Shown here one piece after another: positions 18,007-24,000 of a stretch of 24,000 nt of DNA. The stretch lies in NCBI GenBank assembly GCA_964448445.1, contig CAYVAU010000012.1, forward strand, positions 7,925-31,924. Reading direction: 5' to 3'. Position numbers and translations under genes: made by a program. The stretch is from an uncultured Thermodesulfobacteriota bacterium. GTDB lineage: Bacteria; Desulfobacterota; B13-G15. Within the stretch, counting starts at the first letter, position 1. Each line of letters starts with the position of its first letter. The notes beneath the pieces were generated by a model, which did not search any database, had not been told where the DNA came from, and worked only from the letters and a program-made list of their open reading frames with translations.

Positions 18007-18819
18007 TTACATGCCGTAAACCGAGCCAGAGATGTTGACGGCGTTGAGCTGGTTGCCCAACACCCCCGCGCTCTGGTTTACCTCGACCACACCCACATTC
18101 TCGTTTATGGATCCGGAGATGGTGGCGGTCTTGGTGGTGTCATATTCCATGAAGCTGTTTCCGGCTACGGCCTGACCGAGATCGGCCTCAGCAAGGGCCA
18201 CAAGGCCGCTGAAGCTGACACCCAAGGTCAACCCATTGCCCTGATTGGAGATGTTTCCGACCGACTGATTGACCATCACAATCCCTGTGTTCGTGTTGAT
18301 GGAACCCGTAATTACGGCATCCCTGTAAAGGATCTGGATGCTATCTATGGTGTTTCCCTCCATCAGCTGGCCCACCGATGTCTGGGCATGGGCAAAGCCA
18401 TAGCCCTCAGCGGGGGGCTCGCCATTGCCATTCGGGGTCCCGCCATTTATGGGTCCATCAACGGCCGCAGAGAGCATGTTCGACTGATTGGCCATGTTCC
18501 CCGTGGCCTGGTTCAGATTGACGATCCCTGCATTATTCAGTATCGAACCAACAACCTCACTCGTCTTTTCAGCACAGTTCTCGCAGGCGAAGTTTCCCCT
18601 CTGGCTCTGATTAAGGACCGCATGGGCCTCGGCAGCCTTCTCTCCTACCACATCCAGGGTCACATCGACAGAAAGGTTCTTCTTTATATTGATGACTTCC
18701 TCGACATTGACCGTCTTCTCCTTTGTCACCGTGCCACTGGCCTCCACATCTGCCAGAGCGGAAATCGCCCCGACAAATAGGAAACACGACGCAATTGCCA
18801 CTACTTTCAATCCATTCAT
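18007..18819 (-). CDS. Secreted three-repeat functional-amyloid-like subunit A (Fap-type)
   Basis: 270 aa, signal peptide MNGLKVVAIASCFLFVGAISALA; repeats GIVNLNQATGNMANQSNML, GIVMVNQSVGNISNQGNGL, GVVEVNQSAGVLGNQLNAV; AAAGGAGG upstream; N-terminal region aligns with subunit B (ADVEASGTVTKEKTVNV / ADLDVTGTVEKTKSVTV). Confidence 0.82.
   Translation of the reverse strand: MNGLKVVAIASCFLFVGAISALADVEASGTVTKEKTVNVEEVINIKKNLSVDVTLDVVGEKAAEAHAVLNQSQRGNFACENCAEKTSEVVGSILNNAGIVNLNQATGNMANQSNMLSAAVDGPINGGTPNGNGEPPAEGYGFAHAQTSVGQLMEGNTIDSIQILYRDAVITGSINTNTGIVMVNQSVGNISNQGNGLTLGVSFSGLVALAEADLGQAVAGNSFMEYDTTKTATISGSINENVGVVEVNQSAGVLGNQLNAVNISGSVYGM
18037..18114 (-). repeat. Subunit A, protein repeat 3 (GSINENVGVVEVNQSAGVLGNQLNAV)
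   Basis: Residues 236-261 of the 270 aa product. Confidence 0.75.
18229..18306 (-). repeat. Subunit A, protein repeat 2 (GSINTNTGIVMVNQSVGNISNQGNGL)
   Basis: Residues 172-197. Confidence 0.78.
18472..18549 (-). repeat. Subunit A, protein repeat 1 (GSILNNAGIVNLNQATGNMANQSNML)
   Basis: Residues 91-116. Confidence 0.78.
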
Positions 18820-18908
18820 CCTAACCTCCTTTCAAAAGGTTTTTGATTAAATCGCCGAATCCCATAATTCATCCAAAGGCCTTTACATCACCTCCTTTCT
18901 TTTTGTTT

Positions 18909-19205
18909 TTACCACCCCACTATCTTCAAAACATTTACCTGAACGTTGCCGCATCCAGAAGATATGTTGTCAATTTCCATGCTCCTTTTGATCTCATCCC
19001 ACAGAACGATTTTACTGCTCTCTGACATAATGAGGGTGATATTGCCTTCGCCTTGTCCCCATATCTGTGACAATTCATCAGAAGTGAGCGGATAATTGAC
19101 AACTTCAAAAGGAATCCCTCCATCAGAAAGAGCCTTCGATGTACCACAAAATAGACACAAACAAAAGCATACAATAACACAAACAATCCAGTACCTGTGA
19201 TGCAT
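18909..19205 (-). CDS. Small secreted protein with double-glycine-like motif (LTSDELSQIWGQ), first gene of the Fap-like operon
   Basis: 98 aa; signal-peptide-like MHHRYWIVCVIVCFCLCLFCGTSKA; same strand as and immediately upstream of subunit A; no ribosome-binding site visible; sits in AT-rich sequence. Confidence 0.55.
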   Translation of the reverse strand: MHHRYWIVCVIVCFCLCLFCGTSKALSDGGIPFEVVNYPLTSDELSQIWGQGEGNITLIMSESSKIVLWDEIKRSMEIDNISSGCGNVQVNVLKIVGW

Positions 19206-19219
19206 GGTTTAAAATGATC

Positions 19220-19234
19220 GCAATTAGCATGCCA
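19220..19234 (-). promoter_or_regulatory. Putative sigma54 (-24/-12) promoter for the minus-strand Fap-like operon
   Basis: Minus strand TGGCATGCTAATTGC matches TGGCAYR-N4-TTGC; predicted start about 19208. Confidence 0.6.
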
Positions 19235-19288
19235 TTGGGAAATTTTGCTGTGTTTTCATGAGGAGTGAAGGAACGGAAGAACAGAAAT

Positions 19289-19305
19289 TGTAAAGGATTT
19301 TTACA
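19289..19305. promoter_or_regulatory. Dyad TGTAAA-GGATT-TTTACA, putative activator/enhancer site 1
   Basis: Perfect inverted TGTAAA/TTTACA; TGT-N11-ACA form; centre about 90 bp upstream of predicted sigma54 start. Confidence 0.5.
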
Positions 19306-19358
19306 CCCTGAACTTGACAATGTGCTTTGAATCTGCAAATTTCACGAAAGGTAAAAGA

Positions 19359-19375
19359 CGTAAAAATCCTTTACA
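19359..19375. promoter_or_regulatory. Dyad cGTAAA-AATCC-TTTACA, putative activator/enhancer site 2 (reverse complement of site 1 over 16 bp)
   Basis: GTAAAAATCCTTTACA (19360-19375) is the exact reverse complement of TGTAAAGGATTTTTAC (19289-19304); abuts the AGGAGG ribosome-binding site of the barrel gene. Confidence 0.5.
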
Positions 19376-19386
19376 GGAGGTAAGAA

Positions 19387-20361
19387 ATGGTAAAGTTTAG
19401 GTTGGGAGTGATAGTTTTTGTGGTCTTGGTCTTTTCGGTGTTTGGCGGTCCTTTAATGGCCCAGGAGTCCGGGGAGAAGAAGCCGGCTGAGGCCCTTTTG
19501 GCCGAGCAAGGGGGGGTGCTTTTGCCCAAGGGCGCGTTGGTCCTTGAGCCCTCCATAAAGTACAGCCATTTTTCGAGGCATCGCATTGCCATCTCCGGTT
19601 TTTCGATCCTTGAGGCGATAGTCATAGGGCGGATAGAGGTGAGGGATGTGAAGAGGGATATCCTTCAGTTTTCCCTGACGGGCCGTTATGGCCTTACCAA
19701 TCGTTTGGAACTTGAGGCCGAGGTCCCTTATTTGTTCGTGCACTATCGGGATCTGAGGAGGGCCGAGGGTGATGGTGGGCCCTACAAGGTTAGCGACAAC
19801 GACATCGGGGATGTGGAAGGGGGCATCTATTATCACCTGATAAGGGAGAAGGGGTGGGTGCCCGATATAGTGGTGAACTTGAGGGTGAAGGCCCCTACTG
19901 GGAAGGACCCCTATGAGGTCGAACGCGAGGGCAATAGATTAAAGGAACTTCCCACCGGCAACGGCCACTGGGGCCTATCGGGGGGCTTTACCATGGTTAA
20001 GGCGAGTGACCCCGCAGTTTTCTTTGCGGGCCTTAACTACCAGTGGAACATAGAGCGCGATGTGGGCAAGGGTTATGGGAAGATCGATCCCGGCGACAGC
20101 ATCGAGTACAACCTCGGCATGGCCTATGCCCTAAGTGAGCGATTTTCCCTCTCCACGTCCTTTCAGCAGCGCATAACCTTTGAGACCGAACAAAACGGCC
20201 ACAAGGACCCGGAGACTTATATGAACGTGGCTTCTGTGAATTTTGGCCTGAATTACTCCCTCTCTAAAACGGCGGGTTTGAACATCAATGTGGGGATCGG
20301 GCTGACCGAAGATTCCCCGGATTTCGAGGTGACCCTCAGCGTGCCCCTCAGGGTGTTTTAG
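19387..20361 (+). CDS. Outer-membrane beta-barrel protein, FapF-like (annotated elsewhere generically as a transporter)
   Basis: 324 aa, signal peptide; AEALLAEQGGVLLPKGALVLEPSIKYSHFSRHRIAISGFSILEAIVIGRIEVRDVKRDILQFSLTGRYGLTNRLELEAEVPY resembles the start of FapF-family barrels; alternating strands and C-terminal aromatic PLRVF; AGGAGG upstream. Confidence 0.75.
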   Translation: MVKFRLGVIVFVVLVFSVFGGPLMAQESGEKKPAEALLAEQGGVLLPKGALVLEPSIKYSHFSRHRIAISGFSILEAIVIGRIEVRDVKRDILQFSLTGRYGLTNRLELEAEVPYLFVHYRDLRRAEGDGGPYKVSDNDIGDVEGGIYYHLIREKGWVPDIVVNLRVKAPTGKDPYEVEREGNRLKELPTGNGHWGLSGGFTMVKASDPAVFFAGLNYQWNIERDVGKGYGKIDPGDSIEYNLGMAYALSERFSLSTSFQQRITFETEQNGHKDPETYMNVASVNFGLNYSLSKTAGLNINVGIGLTEDSPDFEVTLSVPLRVF

Positions 20362-21815
20362 TCCTTACTCTGGATCCTGTAGCGCCTCATGAGGTTGTAA
20401 ACGGTGGGGCGGCTCACACCGAGGATTTTTGCCGTGCGGGTGATGTTGTAGTTGGAGGCCTTAAGGGCCTGAAGGAGGCTCTCCTTCTCGATCCTCTGCC
20501 TGATTTCCTTTATGCCGGAAGGCCTCTTCGGGGCCTCAGGGGCCTGGATGGACAGGTCCTCAGGTCGGATCACCTCCGATTCGGAGATGAGCAGGGCCTT
20601 GCGGATCTTGTTTATCATCTCCCTGACATTGCCCGGCCAGTGGTACTGCATTATGGCCTCAAGGGCCTCCTTGCTGAAGCGCTTCTTCGGACCGGGTTGA
20701 TCCTCCTGGAGCTTCTTCAAAAAGTAAGTGGCCAAAATGACCTTGTCCTTTCCCCTCTCCCTCAGAGGGGGGAGTTCAACGGTTACAACGCTCAAACGGT
20801 AATAGAGGTCCTCCCTGAAGCGGCCCTCCTCGACCTCTTCCTCCAGGTTCCTATTGGTTGCGGCGATGATCCTCGTATCGACTCTCCTGGTGGTCCTTGA
20901 TCCTATCCGCTCGATACTGCCATCCTCGAGAAACCTCAGCAATTTCGCCTGCAGGGCAAGGGGCAGTTCCCCGATCTCGTCCAGAAACAGCGTGCCACCG
21001 TGGGCCTGTTCCACTTTGCCCTTCCTTGCGGTGTAAGCCCCGGTGAAGGCCCCCCGTTCGTAGCCGAAAAGCTCGGCCTCTAGGAGGTTTTCCGGGATTG
21101 CGGCGCAGTTTATGACCACGAAGGGCTTGTCGCGCCTTGGGCTCCTTTCGTGGATGGCCCTTGCCGTCAATTCCTTCCCCGTACCGGTTTCGCCCAGGAT
21201 GAGCACGGGAACATCAGTAGGGGCCACTTTCCTTATCAGGGAGAAGACCTTGAGCATGGCCTCGCAGGTCCCCACGAACTCCTCGTCCTCCTTCTCGCCT
21301 TTGTGTTCAAGGGCCCTGTCCACATAGGGGAGCAGTTGCAGGCAGAAATCGCCGTTTAGGTCCTTGAAGCGCCTCTTTAAACGCTCCCAAAGGGTGTCCT
21401 GGATGTGCCTTTGGAGATAATCCTGCTGGTTGAAGCAGAGCAGAAGCTTACAGTTGGGACACCGCAGGAGCAGGACCGTTGGCAGGGAGGTATTGCAGTA
21501 GGGGCAGGATTCAAACCCCTTCTCGGGCAACCCATCCCTTATCATGGACCAGAGGCCTACCAGTTCGTTCACATCGCGAAAGACGAAGGACACCGCCCCC
21601 TCTCCCCCCTCCCTCCTCAGGAACCTGACCCTTAGCGATAGCCTCCTTCCCCTCTCGTCGGAGAAGTGGAGAAGGCCGAACTCCCCCGGGGGGAGGTTCC
21701 CCTTGAGCAGGGCCCCTCCGAGGCTTACGTTGCACACCGTCACCGCAAAGAAACCGTTTTCCCCCTCAAGCTGGCCAGGCCAAGAACCCCTGATCCTAAC
21801 GTCCAATCTCGCCAT
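20358..21815 (-). CDS. PilZ-domain sigma54-dependent transcriptional activator (PilZ, Cys4 ribbon, AAA+, Fis-type HTH)
   Basis: PilZ motif RLDVR-x21-NVSLGG at N-terminus; CPYC...CPNC ribbon; Walker A GETGTGKE, GAFTGA (YERGAFTGAY), GGTLFLDEIGELP, C-terminal Fis-type HTH NITRTAKILGVSRPTVYNLMRRY. Confidence 0.92.
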   Translation of the reverse strand: MARLDVRIRGSWPGQLEGENGFFAVTVCNVSLGGALLKGNLPPGEFGLLHFSDERGRRLSLRVRFLRREGGEGAVSFVFRDVNELVGLWSMIRDGLPEKGFESCPYCNTSLPTVLLLRCPNCKLLLCFNQQDYLQRHIQDTLWERLKRRFKDLNGDFCLQLLPYVDRALEHKGEKEDEEFVGTCEAMLKVFSLIRKVAPTDVPVLILGETGTGKELTARAIHERSPRRDKPFVVINCAAIPENLLEAELFGYERGAFTGAYTARKGKVEQAHGGTLFLDEIGELPLALQAKLLRFLEDGSIERIGSRTTRRVDTRIIAATNRNLEEEVEEGRFREDLYYRLSVVTVELPPLRERGKDKVILATYFLKKLQEDQPGPKKRFSKEALEAIMQYHWPGNVREMINKIRKALLISESEVIRPEDLSIQAPEAPKRPSGIKEIRQRIEKESLLQALKASNYNITRTAKILGVSRPTVYNLMRRYRIQSKD

Positions 21816-21893
21816 TGAACCCGATGCTAATCGAGAAGCGCGGAGGGTTCAATTGGCTAAAGGTCCCATGGCGATCGTCCCTTGGTATGAAGG

Positions 21894-21923
21894 TTGAAAG
21901 CAGGCAGTTCAGCCCTGTATACT
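21894..21923 (+). promoter_or_regulatory. Putative sigma70 promoter for the two-component operon
   Basis: TTGAAA (21894-21899) - 18 bp - TATACT (21918-21923), just upstream of the start codon at 21935. Confidence 0.35.
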
Positions 21924-21934
21924 TTTTCGGGGTC

Positions 21935-22603
21935 ATGAGGATCCTGCTGGTGGAAGACGAGAGGAAGCTTTCGAGGATCATCAAACAAGGATTGGAGGAA
22001 GAGGGCTATGGGGTGGAGGAGGCCTCCGATGGCGAGGAGGCCCTTTTCCTCCTCAAGGATCGCACCTATGACCTGGTGATTCTCGATTTGATGCTTCCGA
22101 AGGTGGATGGCCTGGAGGTTTTGAAGGAGTTCCGCCGCGAGAAGGGGGGCAGTACCCCCGTTTTGGTCCTCACCGCCAGGGATACTGTGGAAGATGTGGT
22201 GAGGGGTCTTGATGCTGGTGCGGACGATTACCTGACCAAGCCCTTCGCCTTTGAAGAACTGCTGGCCCGGATAAGGGCCCTCTTGAGGAGAAGGAAGGAG
22301 GAGCTGGAGCTGAGGGTGGAGGACTTGGTGCTGGATCTTAGGACCCGCAAGGCTTGGAGGGGGGAGAAGGAGGTGGAACTCACGGCGAAGGAATTCGCGG
22401 TCCTTGAGTACCTCATGAGGAGGAGTGGGGAGATCGTCACCCGTGAGGAGATAGGTTCTTATGTCTGGGGCAAGGATTACGATCCCAGCACGAACATCGT
22501 GGACGTCTACATCAACCACCTCAGGAAGAAGATCGACCAAGGGTTTCCCCGAAAGCTTATCCACACCATAAGGGGAATGGGCTACAGCCTGAGGCCCTCG
22601 TGA
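21935..22603 (+). CDS. OmpR/PhoB-family response regulator
   Basis: ORF opens at 21815 but MRILLVEDERKLSRIIKQGLEEEGYG starts at 21935; receiver (VILDLMLPKVDG, VLTARD, KPFAFEELLARI) plus winged-helix (LTAKEFAVLEYLMRRSGEIVTREEI...HINHLRKKID...IHTIRGMGYSL form). Confidence 0.94.
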   Translation: MRILLVEDERKLSRIIKQGLEEEGYGVEEASDGEEALFLLKDRTYDLVILDLMLPKVDGLEVLKEFRREKGGSTPVLVLTARDTVEDVVRGLDAGADDYLTKPFAFEELLARIRALLRRRKEELELRVEDLVLDLRTRKAWRGEKEVELTAKEFAVLEYLMRRSGEIVTREEIGSYVWGKDYDPSTNIVDVYINHLRKKIDQGFPRKLIHTIRGMGYSLRPS

Positions 22604-24000
22604 TGTTCAGGACCCTCAGGGCGAAACTGACCCTTTGGTATATGGTTTTGCTCGGGGTAACCCTCTGCTTTTTCAGCGCCTTTCTTTACCTGACCATGGA
22701 AAAGGGGCTCAAGGAGAACCTCGACAACAAGCTGAGGACTGCGGCCCGGGTGCTGGCCGCTTCGGTGTCAAGGCCCCTGGGGCCGGGACCCTCCCTTGCC
22801 GATGTGGAGCGGATCATGAGGGAACACTTCGGCCTGAGGCCGATGGGGAGGTTCGTGCAGATCTTGGACGAGACCGGAAGAAGGGCCACCAATATAAGGG
22901 ATGTGGACATCCCGGTGAGCTTGAGGACCCTGGAGCTCGCCTCAAAGGGCCAGGAGGTCTTCGAGACCGTGAGGCTGAGGGACGGGGGATCGCTGCGCCT
23001 GGTAACCGTTCCCATCATGATCCAGGGAAGGATGCTGGGGATAGTGCAGGTGGGGAGTCCCCTGGACGAGATCCAGGAGGCCCTCGATCAGCTGCTTTTA
23101 GTGCTGGCCATTTCGGTCCCCCTGGTCCTGGTGGTTGCAAGCCTCGGTGGGCTATTTTTGGCCAATCAGGCCTTGAAGCCCGTTGATCGCATCACCCGCA
23201 CCGCCCAGCGCATCGGTTCAGGGGACCTTTCCCAGAGGATCCCCCTTGAAGGGCTTCCGAGGGATGAGATCGGGCGGCTTGCCGAGACCTTCAACGAGAT
23301 GATCGCCAAATTGGAACGCTCCTTTGAACAGATGAAGCGCTTCACCGCCGATGCCTCCCATGAACTTAAGACCCCTCTTTCGGTGCTCAGGGGAGAGGTG
23401 GAGGTGGGCTTAAAGAGGACGAGGAGCCCCGAGGAGTATCGCAGGATCCTCAAAAGCTGCCTGGAGGAGATCACCAGGATGTCCCGCATTGTGGAAGATC
23501 TGTTGATGCTGGCCAGGGCCGATTCGGGCAGTCTCATGCTGCGGAGGGAAAGGGTCAATCTGAGGGATGTAGCCGAGGAGGTCTGGAGGGGCTTTTACCG
23601 GGAGGCCCTGGGCAAGGGACTTCGATTTCACTTCGGCGGCAGGGCCGCGGAAGTGCTGGGGGACAGGGAGAGGTTGAGGCAGATGATCGCAAATCTGGTG
23701 GACAACGCCATCAAATACACACCTTCGGGAGGCCAGGTGGAACTCACCACCGGGAGTTCCGATGGTGTGGCAATGATCACGGTGAGGGACACGGGCGAGG
23801 GGATACCCCCTGAGGAACAGGAGAAGGTCTTTGAGCGCTTTTACCGGGTGGACAAGGCCCGATCGAGGGAAAAGGGAGGGACGGGGCTGGGTCTCTCCAT
23901 ATGCAAGTGGGTGGCAGAAGCCCACGGGGGGACCATAAGCCTTGAGAGCAACCCAGGGGAGGGATCCACCTTCACGGTAAGGCTGCCCCTTTTGAGATGA
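22600..24000 (+). CDS. HAMP-domain sensor histidine kinase
   Basis: 466 aa; two TM segments, HAMP (NQALKPVDRITRTAQRIGSGDLSQRIP), H-box DASHELKTPLSVLRGEVE, N-box NLVDNAIKYTPSGG, G-boxes DTGEGIPPEEQEKVFERFYRVDKARSREKGGTGLGLSI. Confidence 0.95.
   Translation: MMFRTLRAKLTLWYMVLLGVTLCFFSAFLYLTMEKGLKENLDNKLRTAARVLAASVSRPLGPGPSLADVERIMREHFGLRPMGRFVQILDETGRRATNIRDVDIPVSLRTLELASKGQEVFETVRLRDGGSLRLVTVPIMIQGRMLGIVQVGSPLDEIQEALDQLLLVLAISVPLVLVVASLGGLFLANQALKPVDRITRTAQRIGSGDLSQRIPLEGLPRDEIGRLAETFNEMIAKLERSFEQMKRFTADASHELKTPLSVLRGEVEVGLKRTRSPEEYRRILKSCLEEITRMSRIVEDLLMLARADSGSLMLRRERVNLRDVAEEVWRGFYREALGKGLRFHFGGRAAEVLGDRERLRQMIANLVDNAIKYTPSGGQVELTTGSSDGVAMITVRDTGEGIPPEEQEKVFERFYRVDKARSREKGGTGLGLSICKWVAEAHGGTISLESNPGEGSTFTVRLPLLR

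Noticed and set aside
18001-18020. TTTTTACATGCCGTAAA near the end of subunit A as another regulator dyad
   Set aside because: The half-sites are everted (TTTAC-N5-GTAAA) and lie in the coding end of the gene; it does not match the GTAAA-N5-TTTAC arrangement of the intergenic dyads.
17965-18780. Long plus-strand ORF (271 aa) antisense to subunit A
   Set aside because: It is a stop-free shadow of the real coding strand: low-complexity, no signal or known motif, no ribosome-binding site evidence, while the minus frame has a signal peptide and repeats.
18874-18888. CCAAAGGCCTTTACA in the leader of subunit A as a third dyad copy
   Set aside because: Shares TGTAAAGG with the dyads but lacks the second half-site spacing; probably chance.
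19324-19340. GTGCTTTGAATCTGC as a plus-strand sigma54 promoter for the FapF-like gene
   Set aside because: Lacks the invariant GG of the -24 element. TTGACA at 19314-19319 also has no good -10 partner, so I make no promoter call.
14809-20361. Interpretation as a curli (csg) system
   Set aside because: The NQ/GN repeats and LuxR regulator look curli-like, but no CsgG, CsgE or CsgF is seen. The presence of a C39 peptidase and a FapF-like barrel fits Fap much better.
1-24000. CRISPR arrays, tRNA/rRNA genes, transposases or prophage genes
   Set aside because: No regularly spaced repeats, no recognisable structural RNA and no mobile-element proteins were seen in either strand; a tRNAscan/Infernal run would be needed to exclude small RNAs fully.

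Overview
This 24 kb window looks like a chromosomal segment of a GC-rich, possibly thermophilic, Gram-negative bacterium (taxonomy is my inference). Left part: an ordinary envelope/housekeeping operon on the minus strand (partial secreted protein, bamA, lolD, lolC/E, lysS, cutA, TIM-barrel epimerase), then dapL, a small DUF4911-like protein, a PAS-GGDEF-HD-GYP protein and a cobalamin late-pathway cluster (cobU, cobS, cobD/cobC-like aminotransferase, cobT, convergent cbiB). The most interesting part is 14.2-21.8 kb. It holds a Fap-like (functional amyloid) secretion locus: two paralogous secreted three-repeat proteins (repeat core G-I-V-N-x-N-Q-S-x-G-N-x-N-N-Q-x-N), a third divergent three-repeat protein, a Sec-exported stand-alone C39 cysteine peptidase (FapD-like), and a divergently transcribed FapF-like outer-membrane beta-barrel. 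Three further small secreted proteins are present; two carry double-glycine-like motifs (ELxxIWGQ / ELDEMRGA) that could be C39 substrates. The locus is bracketed by a CsgD-like LuxR-type regulator and a PilZ-(Zn-ribbon)-sigma54 enhancer-binding protein. The intergenic region has a good sigma54 promoter match (TGGCATG-N4-TTGC) and two TGTAAA-N5-TTTACA-type dyads placed where enhancer sites would be expected. A strong 15-bp-stem hairpin sits between the second and third repeat-protein genes. The right end encodes an OmpR-type response regulator and a HAMP histidine kinase.
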